Source of the DNA: Mobula hypostoma
Taxonomy: Eukaryota
Length of the DNA stretch: 64,000 nucleotides
NCBI RefSeq assembly: GCF_963921235.1
Contig: NC_086109.1
Span: 19,780,001 to 19,844,000 of the forward strand
Direction: 5' to 3'
The notes beneath the pieces are model-generated. The model did no database searches, had not been told where the DNA came from, and saw only the letters and a program-made list of their open reading frames with translations. Positions 23,161 to 35,849 of the stretch are shown here, piece by piece. Position numbers and translations under genes: made by a program. How positions within the stretch are numbered: the first letter of the stretch is position 1; every line of letters begins with the position of its first letter.

Positions 23161-26100
23161 CGCGCTAAGGTATGGTGGGCCAGAGAATTTATTCCCTTAA
23201 TCAATGAGATTTCAAGAAAGAAAACTAAAAACAGAGAAAGATAACAGTGGGAACTATAACCGTATAAGACTTAGAAAGAGGAAGAAGGCTTAGATTGCAT
23301 AAACAAATTCATTCATTATCTCTAGTTTTACCATGATTTTCCACCAGGTAATGCTGAAAATACACAAACCATATCATTGGAGAGGGAAACAAGAGTGATT
23401 TTTCCATTATGTCAATGATCTTTTATCGGATGATTGCTTTGAAGTGAGAACCCCTCCCTTCTTGTCGGTTGCAAAGATACAACTAATATGTTGATCCTTT
23501 CAGCACTTACTGTGCCATTCTGAGCAGTATGCTGCTTGTGTATGATAGTCTGCCCAGGTGAACTAGTGCGTGAACTTGCAATATTCACGAACTTCAAGGC
23601 CAAGTAAGCAGAGACATCCAGTGGGCCATCCTATCTGGGTCTGGTATTGGGCCAAAGCTTGCTAACAGAATATAAATATGATAACAACTACTCACTGTCA
23701 TGGAGAGCCAAGTTGGATGGAGATTTAAAAGATTAGCAGATACTCTGTGAGTCAAAACTGTCCAAAATCCACTGATTCATTTAACTTGCCCTGCTTGCTG
23801 AATTTACATGCTAATTGTCCATCAAAGCTCACTCTAATCGTAAAAAAGCAAATACACTTTCAGCAAAGTGAATAATTATTTTTCACAGTCTCTGTCCGAG
23901 TAAGTGAATAATTTAACTATCGATTCACATCCCTTCACATAGTGAATTGTTTGCTGGAAATTTTAAAGATTTTGAACTTATAATTTTGAATTAAGTTTTA
24001 TTTTTTAATCAGAGATACATCACAGCCATAGATTGGACCAACAAGCCCATACCACCCATTTACACCCATGTGAACAATCGACCTACTAGCATGTCCACCT
24101 TTGAAATATGAAAGGATTCTGGAGCACCCAGAGGAAGTTCGTGCGGTCACGAGGACAATGCACAAGCTCCTTAAAGACGGAGGCAGGAATTGAACTGCTG
24201 TAATAGCACTACACTAACTGTTACACTACCTGCCACCCTAAAACTTATAATTTCTTTTTTCACTATTCCTTGCATTTGGTTCTCTTTCTCACACTCTCCC
24301 AACCAATTCTATCTTCTCCTCAGTTTATTTCCCTCCCTGTTGCTAATTTGACAAATTCATACTACCTTATTCTCCATCTCTCCTCTATTTAGACTTGAAA
24401 CCTCATTGGTTGAGGGTGTTGAGGAGATCTGACATTGCCCTCCCATTATCTGTTCACACAGTCAGCAAGGTATTGGTGGAGCTGAAAAAAGCGAATTTAG
24501 CAACATACCACTGTAAGATGGCCCTCTCCAGTAACTCCAACCTGTTGGTACCCACTGCAGTAGTGAGTCTGTGTCAAACCCTTCCTCTGGAAGGGAAGCC
24601 AACAAGAATTGCTTTAAAAAGAAACTTGGTCAAATTAGAAATCATTAGCAAATTGGGGTGGTAACCAATACAGAATGTCTGTCAACACCACACTGGCAGT
24701 CAGAGTTATTGAGGAAATTTTCACCAATGCACAACACGGACGTTGGGAAACGTCTGCCCACAAGTCCACTGCATGACACCCTCCAACGCTGACCAGCTAA
24801 GCCGGCATTTATTGCCCGTCCCTAGTTGTCCTTGAGAAGGTGGTGATGAGCTGTCTTCCTGAGATGCTGCAGTCCCGGAGGTGTAGGTGCACCCACTGTG
24901 CTGTTAGGACTCTGCTACCACATTGTTCCATTATTGTAATCATTCCCAGCTCCTAGCCCAGACTCTGTGCAGCGTTGCTTTCACCCAATCAGGTGACTCC
25001 CACTGCAGCTCTTCCCCAACTCTTCACTTGACGCATCAACGTGCAGACGGGGTTCCACTTTTGGACTTGAATCCATATCTAATGGCAGGCTCCCTCCTTG
25101 GATCTGAGCAGAAGGCATTAGGTTCAATTGCCCTTGTGTGATAAGATATTGGCCACAGCTATTTTGGGGCATTTTTATTGATTTTTCCACTTAGAGTCAT
25201 AGAACACTACTGCACAGAAACAGGCCCTTCGGCCCATCTAGTCCATGCCAAACTATTAATTTGCCTAGTCCCATTGACTTCCACCTGGACAATAGTCCTC
25301 CCATCCATGTACCTATTCAATTTTCTCTTAAATGCCCAAAACCTCAACTGTTTATTCCCCTCCATAGATGCTGCCTGACTTGCTGAGTTCCTCCAGTATT
25401 TTGTGTGTGTTGCTCTGGATTTCCAGCATCTGCAGAATGTCTTGTGTTTAATGTTGATTCCTGTTGGATTTCAGATCATCCCTTTTGGCTGGTCCAACAT
25501 CCCCTTGGTAATCACCAATTTGTTCCATTGGTTGAGGTACAAAGGACAGGCGGCCCTCTTGAAATGATCCACACTGCGACAAATTCTCCAGTCGGATGGT
25601 TTTGCCAAGTCTTAGAGTTGGCAAAGTACTAGATCCATAGAAGATATTGGTTACCTCGACCTGCAGTCCACTTAGCCTCAGACGCCACACTCACTATGAC
25701 AGAAGAACCAAGGAAAGTCAGCAGTCCATAAAGGAACAGCATTCGCAGAGGAACTCAGCAGGTCAGGCAGCATCTATGGAGGGAAGTGAACATTTCAAGC
25801 CAAGACCTTTCATCAGGACTGACAAAGGGATTCCACTCGAAACATTGACTGTTCATTCCTCTCCATAGATGCTGCCTGACCTTCTGAGTTCCTCCAGCAT
25901 TTTGTGTGTATTATTCAAGACTTCTAGCATCTGCAGAACCTCTTGTGTCTCAGCAACAGAGGAGTGTCTAGCCTGCATTCCCTGATTTGCCATCTGTGAA
26001 AACAAGGAATGAAAAAGATAAGCAATTCTCCAGCTAATGGTTAACCAGAGCAAACTGGTGAGCTGGTAGAGGAACTCAGTAGGTCAGGCAGCATCTGTAA

Positions 26101-26524
26101 AGGGAAGCTGACAGTCGATGTTTTGCATCGAGACCCTTCATCTGGATATTCAATTCAAGTACACAGGGGCTGCCTGACCCGCTGACTTCCTCCAGATGCT
26201 TTCTTTTGCTCTATATTCCATTATCTGCAGCCTCATTTGTCTCCGTATCGCTCAAAGGGCCTGATCACCGCAAACACACCTGATCAGCAGCGTCAAGTGC
26301 TTGCATTTATTTGACACCTCTAAGGTAGCACGATGTTGCTCAAGGAAGCACTTTATAAGGAGCTTCTGTGCAGAAGACCATAAGGCCATTAGAGATGGGA
26401 GCAGAATTAGGCCATGCAGCCCATCAAGTCTGGTCCACCGTTCCATCACGACCGATTTATCATCCTCTCCGACCCATTCTCCTGCCTTCTCCCCATAACT
26501 AGTGATGCTCCCACTTATCAAGAA

Positions 26525-26810
26525 GTGGTTAAGGCGTTCGTCTTGTGATTTGAAGGTCGCTAGTTCGAGCCTCAGCTGTGGCAGCGTGTGTGTCCTTGAG
26601 CAAGGCACTTAACCACACATTGCTCTGTAACAACACTGGTGCCAAGCTGTATAGGTCCTAATGCCCTTCCCTTGGACAACATCGGTGACACGTAGAGGGG
26701 AGACTTGCAGCACGGGCAACTGCTGGTCTTCCATACAACCTTGTCCAGGCCTGCGCCCTGGAAACCTTCCAAGGCACAAATTCATGGTCTCATGAGACTA
26801 ACAGATGCCT
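26525..26810 (+). mobile_element. tRNA-head SINE with RTE-related body inserted in a CR1 fragment
   Basis: Head gtggttaagg...agttcgagcc; body acactggtgccaagctgtat...gcccttcccttg shared with 570-615. Confidence 0.7.
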
Positions 26811-27531
26811 ATTATCAACCCCCACGTTAAATATATCCAATGATTTGGCCTCCACAGCTGTCTGTTGAAATGACTTCCACAGATTCACCACCCTCTGGCT
26901 AAAAAAAATCCTCCTCATCAAAGAAGGTGAAAGGAAAATTCTAATGAGTAAGGTGCAACTGGGAGTGGTGAAGTGATGAAATTTGGGAATGCTCAAGTGG
27001 TCAAAGTCAATTATTAGAAAGAATAGTCACTGGCTATTAAATGGATTCTGAGGTCCACTTATTCAATCTTCCACTCTGTACACTGTACCCAATCTCCTAC
27101 ATTCCCTCACCAATATGGCAAACTGCCATACTGCCATATTGTACTTACCATGAAGAATTTTCTGTAAGAGGCAACTCGCTTCACAAGATCACAAGACAAA
27201 GGAGCAGAAGTAGGCCATTCAGCCCATCAAGTCTGCTCCGCAGCTCCCCCATGAGCTAAGCTATTCATCCACCTAGTTCCAATTTCCGGCTTTTTCCCCA
27301 TATCCCTTGATACCCTGACTAATTAGATACCTTCTCAGCAGTCAGCCCAGCAGGGTCATGGTGTCAGCTGCCACCGGGAAACATGCGATTTTTACTGGAT
27401 AATTGTGGGCAAAATCCATCCTTGCAAATTTTTAAACGGGGTTTTCCTCAATTTTGCAGGAATCATCTGCCTGGAAGTTACCACTGCACCCATTCACCAC
27501 ACCAATAAACAGACATCTCTAACCTCTAGTC

Positions 27532-27611
27532 CAGGGGTTCCCAATCTTTTTTATGCCATGGACTCCTACCATTAACCAAGGGGTGTGCGGACCCCAGGTT
27601 GGAAACTCCTA
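27532..27611. mobile_element. 80-bp hAT MITE (third copy)
   Basis: caggggttcccaa...ttggaaactccta; TSD CTCTAGTC / CTCTAGAT. Confidence 0.78.
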
Positions 27612-28401
27612 CTCTAGATGCTTGTATTTTTATGCCGACATGGTGTTAAAAACACAAGAGATTTTGCAGCTGCTGAAAATCCAGAGCAACGCACAAAAAA
27701 TTGCTGGAGGAACTCAGCAGGTCTAGCAGCATCTACGGAGTGGAATAAAGAGTCAACATTTCATCCGAGACCTGATGAAGGGTCTCAGCCTACTGTGTCG
27801 GCTGTTTATCCCCCTTCATACATGCTGCCTGGCCTACTGAGTTCCCCCAGTATCCTGAGTGTTGCCTATGGTGTTAAAAAAGGCATTAAAAAGAATTAAT
27901 TCCTCTCAAAGGGTTAATCACTGTTCTGAAAGAGAGAAAAAAACAAGGCAGCCAGTTTGTGAGCAGCAAGTTCCTACAAACAGCGGTCACAAAATCATTG
28001 ATCTGATTTTACTGATGTTGACTGAAGAAAAAATGTTAACTGTGAGACTGGGAGAAATTGTGCTGTGGAGTCTTTTATTGACTCAAGCAAGCAGACAGGG
28101 CCACAAGTTATTATCTCAGCTCTCTCGTTGCTATTGGTTTATGTTCCCACATTCTGAATCAGGTACTAAAGGGCATTGATAGGAGGCCTGGCTGAAAGTT
28201 ACGCAGTGATATAATTGCCTTCTGCATATTCAGTTTTTCCCATGGAAGGCTGTTACACAGAATGGGAAGAGGAGGAAAACGACAGAACAAAAAAGAAGAT
28301 AGAATAGATTTATTTTTGAGAGAACTCATTGTTTTACTTCTAGTGCAGCTCTCTTCTATCATTCTGTACAATCAGAATTCAGAATCAGTGGATCAGAAGT
28401 A

Positions 28402-28790
28402 ACGCATAAAAGGTGGTGGAGGAACTCAGCAGGTCAGCCAGCATCTATGGAAAGGAATAAACAGTCGATGTTTCGAGCTGAGGCCCTTCACCATGACTGG
28501 AAAGGAGGGGAGAAGAAGGCAGAATAAGAATGGGGGAGAGGGAAAGGTGATAGGTGAAGCCACATGAAGTGGAAAGCTAGGAGGTGATTGGTGGAAAAGG
28601 TAGAGGGCTGAAAAAGAAGAAATCTAATAGGAGAAGCGAGTGAGCCTTGGGAGAAAGGGAAGGAGGGGAAGGCACCAAGGAGAGGTGATAGGCAAGTGAG
28701 GAGAAGAGAAGAGGTAAGAGAGGGACCAGAATGGGGAATGGAAGAAGAGGGAAGGGGGAGGGAAAAATTAGAGAAACCGATGTTCATGCC
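28402..28790 (-). mobile_element. Penelope-like 3' fragment with degenerate hammerhead
   Basis: ggaggaactcagcaggtcagccagcatctatgg...cagtcgatgtttcgagctgaggcccttcacc. Confidence 0.8.
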
Positions 28791-29236
28791 AGTGGATCAG
28801 GTGGCATTTGTGGAAGAGCCTCAGGGGCCCAGGTTGCTGTGCACCAGTGACTAGATTTGAATAACGTGCTTCCTCAACAACACGATCGCAATGCAAGGTC
28901 TCAAATTAACAAAGTCAGAATAGGTGATATTATAACAAGTGACCAAAGGTCTAATGAAAGAGATAGTTCTGAAGGCTAGTTTTAAAGGAGGGGTTTTAAA
29001 AGGGTGAAGAGAGGCTTGGAGGCATAGGATCTCTATAGCTGAACTGTCCAGAACTAGTCAATTATAAAGTTCTTGGAGACTTGCTGAGTTGCTGGACATC
29101 ACAGAGAAAGGCCAGCGGAGGTTCCTCTACCTCCCTTTACTCTTTTAAAACGTTGTTTAAAACCTGTCGATCTCCTTCACTCCATCCACAAAAAGCAGGG
29201 TTTATCAGTGGCCACCCAGATCAATCAGCCTCCCTG

Positions 29237-29741
29237 TTCCCATTCTGACGTGTCAGTCCATGGTCGTCTCTACTGCCATGATGGGGCCATTCTCAGGTTG
29301 GAGGAGCAATGCCCCATATTCCACCTGGCTAGCCTCTAGGCTGAAGGCATGAACACCGATTTCTCTCTCCAGCCCCACTTGTCTCTTTTTCAATCACCTC
29401 ACCTCTTTTCTTCTCCTTACTTGCCTCTTACTTCTCTCTCTGACACCCCTTCTCCAATGGTCCGCTGTACTCTCCTATCAGATTCCATTTTCTACAGCTC
29501 TTTACCTTTTCCACAAATCACCTCCCAGCTTCTAGCTTGTAGTCCTTCCCCTCTCCCCCCCCCCCACCAACTCCACCTATTCTGACTTCTTCACCCTTCC
29601 TTTTCAGCACCGATGAAGGTTCTCGGCCCAAAATGTTGACTCTTTATTCCTTCCCAGAGACACTGCCTGACCTGCTGAGTTCCTCCGGCATTTTATGTGT
29701 ATAGCTCTGAATTTCCAGCATCTGCAGAATCTCTTGTGTTT
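29237..29741 (+). mobile_element. Penelope-like 3' fragment
   Basis: GIY-YIG remnant (ctctactgccatgatggggcc...ttggaggagcaa), cgatgaaggttctcggcccaaaatgttgac, and the tail. Confidence 0.8.
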
Positions 29742-29811
29742 CTATTTAAAACCTGACTCTTTTCCCAAGCTTTTACTCATTTGTCTTAATGATGTTAATC
29801 TTATGAATTAA

Positions 29812-30005
29812 CTCTTCTTGGGCTTCCAGCCGGGTACAGGTACTGAATTTAATCAACGTTTTGATGACAAACTCTGCCATCTTCATTATGGATGATGCCT
29901 GTGCATGTCTAGTCTGGTGATTGTCCATCCCTCTTGATACCTGTACCTGGCTGGAAGCCCGAAAAGAGTCTGTTCATTATATACATCGGGAAGGCACCAG
30001 ATCCT
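29812..30005. mobile_element. Second Penelope-like family, fold-back remnant (another arm at 19790-19850)
   Basis: Inverted arms actcttcttgggcttccagccgggtacaggta / tacctgtacctggctggaagcccgaaaagagt, with a degenerate hammerhead on the - strand at 29855-29890. Confidence 0.55.
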
Positions 30006-32409
30006 TGTTAATCTTAGTTTGAGGTGGTCTGGGATGTTGTATTACATTAAAAGGTGTCATGTAAATATTATATGTTCTTATTGCTAATACTCTTTAAGGA
30101 TAAACTCCTCTGAATGAGCTAGAGAACTATGGGAACATGCACAACCCTGGCCACACACCTCCCCACGTGCAGTTACAGAACTAGCTGGATGGAGCACAGG
30201 AAGTGCACCTCCATCACATTTACCTGATGGAGGGGCAAAGTGGGAGTGGCGGGGGTGTAAAAGACAGCACAAGCAACAACAGCAAAAGTAAAAGTCTCTT
30301 CAGTAATCAAAATCATTATAGTTCTGGCTGCTACATTTAGATTTCTTGGAGATCCTTTATAAATCAACCCTGAAATAATTAATGTGTGCGGAGCATTTCA
30401 TGGCACTGGGCCTGTTCTTACTGGAGTTTAGAAAAATGGGTGGGGGAGGGATCTCATTGAAACCTAACGAATATTGAAAGGCCTAGATAGAGTGCCAAGG
30501 AGAAGATGTTTCCTATATTAGGAGACTCCAGGACCAGAGGGCACACCCTCAGAATAGGAGGCTCTCCCTTTAGGACAGCGTTGAGGAGGGATTTCTTTAG
30601 CCACAGCATGGTGTATCTGTTGAATTCATTGCTAAAGATAGCTGTGGATGCCGAGTGATTGGGTATGTTTAAAGTAGAGATTAATAGGTTCTTGATTAGT
30701 AAGGTCATCAAAGTTTATGGGCAGAAGGCAAGAGAATAGGGTTGAGAGGGATAATAAATCAGCCATGACGGATTGGCAGAGCAGACTCAATGGGGCAATT
30801 GACCTAAATCTGTTCCTATGTCTTATGCCTTTATGGTCTAATGAAGTCAATGTGGAAGGGCCATTAGAAAACGCCAAGGAAGTGGAACTAGCTGGACTTA
30901 CATATGACATACTAACATACTAACTTACATATGACCAATATAGATGCAATGGACTGAGTGGCCACCTTCCATGCTTAATCCATTCTGAGCCAAGGTGCAA
31001 AGAACAAATTTTCTATCACTGAAGAAGTATTGAGATACATCATGAGCAGATGGTATCAATGTTTTTTCTTTCAGTAAAGTCATTCCTCCCTGATGACAAG
31101 AAGTAAAAAATAATCTTCTGCACCCTTCAGTGAGCATTCAGCAAAGAAAACCTGTCTGGGCACAAAATAAATGAGCAAAGGTGGGCTACGGGCTCTCTAA
31201 CAGAGAGCCAGGAAGCAGGCAATAAGGAAGCAAAGAGACACTTAAGGGGGGCAGGAAGCACAACAAGATTGGACAAATGGATAACCAATGGCAGGGCAGC
31301 GGGAGGTGGCTGAAATGACAATAATGCCCAGAATGGAAGTAACTGAATATGACAGTCCTAATCTCATCATAAAAACTCTGGGAGGGAAACAGTACGACAC
31401 ACAGAATATTATGGGGTTTGATCAATAAATTCTTCACAATTCACCTAGTAACAATTTCAAATGGATTTATAAGTAATATGACTCCTGCCACAGTTGCCCA
31501 ATAGCCCATCTCCTCACTCTAACTCCTACTCATCCAATACCCATATCTCATTCCCATCCTGTCACCCATCTCCAGTCCTTCCCTCTTCTTCCCCCCACCC
31601 CCCACGCTCCACTCACTCCCCTCTTCTCTATCTCCCTTCCACCCCCTCCACCACTCCCTTGATTTCAGTAATGCGTGTAAACTTTTTTCAGATGGAAATT
31701 TTTGCCCACAGTGAATCGCTCTAGACTTACAATTATGTTGGCTCCAAGAGGAATGGAGGAAGTAAGGGTGGGTTTGCAAGCATTCTCTGTAATACCTTCT
31801 CCACAAGGCGAATGCATTAAAATAATAATAAGCACATGCATCAAGACTCTTCATTCACAACTGTGTCTCTCTTCCTGAACATTATGAAGAGTGTGTTGAA
31901 CTCAATCATGCCCTCCTGATCAGCCCCAATACCCTCTCCACTGACAGTGGTGCATCTTACTCCAATCAGTTGAATATTTTGACACCAGTACAACCCATCT
32001 GTAGCATTCCTATGTGATATGTACCTAGACTATTAGTATTGCTTCATGTTCTTGCGTTTTCTGATTTGTATGTATTATTTTAATTAGCTTCATTTTTAAT
32101 CTTTCTATTGAACCTTCCTTTTGGAAAAATAAGATGAACCATTTTGAAATCTCCATCACAGGAAGACAATGTAGGGAAAGTGCCTATGATCATATATTCT
32201 CAACGTCAAATGATCTCTGTATTCATCGTACAGTGGATGAGGTCAATAAACTTGATAGTGATGAGACCTTCTCTCTGTTCTGCCTCTTTAAACCAGACCT
32301 GGGTTCCATTTGTGAGGGACTCCACAGCTCTCCTAGCTGGAAGGCAAATGTGGGAGGTTCAAAGGAACATCATCATCATTAACGTCACACACCACCCTGC
32401 CTTTGATAC

Positions 32410-32960
32410 ACACTCAGTTGGCACTTTATTGAGTACACTTGTACACCAGCTCATTAACACAAATATCTAACCATTTAATCATGTGCTAGTAACTCAATAT
32501 ATAAGAGCATGCAGACATGGTCAAGAGGTTCGGTTGCTGTTCAGATCAAACATCAGTATGGTGAAGAAATGTGATCCAAGTGACTTTGACCATGGAATGA
32601 TTGTTGGTGTCAAATGGGGTGGTTGATCAGAAACTGCTGATCTCCTGTGATTTTGATGTTTACAAAGAATGGTGCGAGAAACACAAAACATCCAGTGAGT
32701 CGCAGTTCTGCAGGTGAAAATGGCCTTGTTAATGAGAGAGGACAGAGGAGAATGGCCAGACTGGTTCAAGCTGACAGGGAGATGACAGTAATTCAAAAAA
32801 AAACACGCATTACAACAGTGGTGTGCGGAAGAGCATCTCTTAAAACACAACATGTTGAACCATGAAGTGGATGAGATACAGCAGCAGAAGACCATGAACA
32901 TACACTGAGTGGTCACCTTATTAGGTACAGAATATACCTAAAAAAGTGACCACTGAGTGT
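32410..32960 (+). mobile_element. Tc1/mariner non-autonomous element (same family as 3669-5011)
   Basis: TIRs cactcagttggcactttatt / aaagtgaccactgagtg, TA flanks, remnant ggaatgattgttggtg. Confidence 0.85.
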
Positions 32961-34929
32961 ATATTGGCCTCTCTTTCATTATCACTGGATCAAAATTCTG
33001 GAATTCCCTTCCAAATGGAATTATGGAATAAAGGTGTCATAGAATCTAGGAGAGACACAGCACAGAAACAGGCTCTTCAGACTAATGTGTCCTTGCCGGT
33101 CATAAAACATCGATTTTTGCACTAATTCTACCCTAGCCCATTTTAGTCTCCTATCATTCCCATCAAATCTCCCCTGCCATCCCCAAAGAGTTCTGCCCCT
33201 CAATCACAAACCAGAGGTAATAGACGATGGAGAAACAACCTACCAACTTGTCATCTTTGGCGTTATGGAAGGAAACCAGAGCACCTGGTGTAAACCTACA
33301 TGGTCACTGGGAGAACGTGCAAACTCCGTACAGAAAGCAGTGGAGGTCAGGGTTGAGCCCAAGTTGTTGGAGGTACGAGGTAGTAGCACTGCCACCACAG
33401 CTATATCACTGCAGGACCCTTGCATAGGCAGCAATATGCAACAGCAACTTCCAATGGGCAAACAATGATAGGCAATAAATACCAGCAAGGCCTAGGAGGA
33501 GATTTGTTAAAGAGGTTTCACATAAGACAAAGGGTAATGTTAAAACTTACACAAAGAAGTAAAAAATAAGCATTGGAAGCTTGCCAGCTATTGGTAAGAT
33601 GTGTTTGCTCTGACGATAGATTTTTACTAACACTGCTCAGTTTTATGGAAAATAGTTTCAGATCAAGAGTGTATATAGTGAGCTAAAATTAGCACCACAC
33701 AAGATTAGCACAAGTAAGGTTGATTCAATTTGTAGAAATGATAATTACATTTTAAAAAAGCAATTTCAAAACGTGAATTCTTCCGTCTCACTCTGTCAGA
33801 GCTAACAGCTCTCCAGTATGATAACAGGTAATTTTTTTAAACCCATCTCTCCTACTGGGGCATAGACCGCTGAAAGCTCCTCGTCAGAGACCTCTGTCCT
33901 GGACCAGTCTTTCTAGTTGTCCCCTGGAATAGCCTATCTTCAAAGATCCCTCCTCTCCCAGGGATGAAGCCTTTGGAGCTTCAGTTGGCGTCTCTGTATC
34001 GCTGTGTTTTTACGGGATGGGGTTGTTAGCCCCATGACCAACTCACCTCATTTCATGTCCAGGCTTGGGACCATCCATGGCAGAGTTGAAAATAGGTAAT
34101 ACAGGGGAAATATTCAGCAAGGCAAGCAGCATCCCAGAGAAAAAAAATGAAATAGCCAATAGCCAATCAGACATGCGTTTGCCGATGTTGTTATTATATT
34201 TCCTCCCAAATCCCCACTTGCACCAGATGCTGGTCAGGGTTCCCGCTTAGAACCGAATATTCAGCACCCTTGTCCAGCCTTCCAATGGACACTCCTCAAA
34301 CTTGCGAGTCATCTTTAATGCTTCTTGCTCCATCCTTCGACTTCAAAACTCTGGCTTTTGCATTGTCAATCCAGTTTATATACCCTTGATTTAATATCTC
34401 CTCATCTTCACATAAACCTATCGGTCTTTCCACTGGTAATCCCTCAAACTCATCATCTTCCTACAGCAAACTCAAATCCACTGGCACCTTCCAATATGTG
34501 GGAGGACAACACACAGACAATATGTTGGCCACTATCACAAAACTATAGGTGTTGTCCATCTACCCATTAACTTAATCTCTATCTCATCCTCTGGAATACC
34601 TTGTTGTTTGCGAAACATAGTACCCATTATGCTGAATCCTGCCAACAATGCCAAATTTGAAATGAAAATTAATTTAAAATTCATGATGTGTACTTTTTTG
34701 ATCAGATCAGGGTATTCGCATATGCATTCACAAACAAAGGAGGCACTGCACATATATTCAAGGCCACAAAAAAACACCTGTTTCTAGTGTTAGAACTAGC
34801 ACAAATTCAATAGAGAAAGAAAAATAAAATTCTACGGCAGTAGCAGTACAGAAACCCGAATAATACTATCATCCACTAAGAAGACCAATCTGTGCAATGT
34901 CAGAGGGAAGCCAGAGATCCAACAATCTG

Positions 34930-35112
34930 TTTTCTCTTTCTTTCTTTATTTCTTCCTCTCTCTCTCTATCCATCTCTTTCTCTCTTTCCATCTCTCTTTC
35001 TCACTTTCTCTATCCATCTCTCTCTTTCTTTCTCAATCCATCTCTCGCTCTTTCTATCCATCACTCTCTCTCCCTCTCCATCTCTATTTCTCTCTCTATC
35101 TCTCTCTCTTAC
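34930..35112. repeat. (CT)-rich low-complexity tract
   Basis: Seen directly. Confidence 0.9.
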
Positions 35113-35849
35113 TCTGACTCAACATACTTGTCCCTATCTTTTTAGCATTAGCCCCGTGGTGATTTAGCCTAAGACAAAAACTCACCTACATACATAAAGG
35201 AAGTGTCCTGTTTTTATACCCTTCAAAACCCCTTACACTGGTACTTTTCCATTCCCTGGTGCTACCAGTTGCAAACTCTTTCCTCCCCCTCCCCCTGCAA
35301 CACATCTCTTACAACCATCAGCCCAGACAAACATGTTTTTCACCACTTTCCTCCATTATTCCTGCAGACTTGTACTCCCTTGACTTTCTCAAAGCATTGC
35401 TGTGGACTGATTCTCTTGTACTTCTTCAAAAACAATTCCACTCCAGGTTAACAATCTTTTGTCTTACAGACTTACATTTTATTTCAGCATATACCAAGGA
35501 AGAATCACATTCAGCTCTTTCCATACACAAAATGTCCGATCTGCTGTACACCTTTGTCTGCTTTTATTTCAAACTTCCAGCATCAGATTTTGGATTTATT
35601 TTCATGCCCATACATAACAGATAGAACAGAGAAATATTAGTTCAAAAAATAATAGAAAGAAAAACTTCAGTGTGGCATTTTCATTTAACACTATTTTACC
35701 CTTGATATGCTTGAGTTTTACAATGCCATCCTTGAACACTGCTGTGGCAACAACCAGTACCTTTCATAATTTGCCTTTAGTTGACTGTATTGCAGGGTAC
35801 GTGGCATGCAAACTGTGAATGGATCTCCAATCAACTTGCAATTGTCTCA

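Noticed and set aside
22824..23244. His/Thr- and Cys/Val-rich ORFs (also 6383-6696)
   Set aside because: Translations of (TG)n microsatellites.
25448..25690. Possible exon of a downstream gene (also 44580-44715 and 59524-59613)
   Set aside because: No recognisable homology and no convincing splice-site pair.
26515..26818. TTATCAA as the TSD of the SINE inside CR1
   Set aside because: The host CR1 already has a repeated atcaa motif at this position (compare 20754-20770), so the match is ambiguous.
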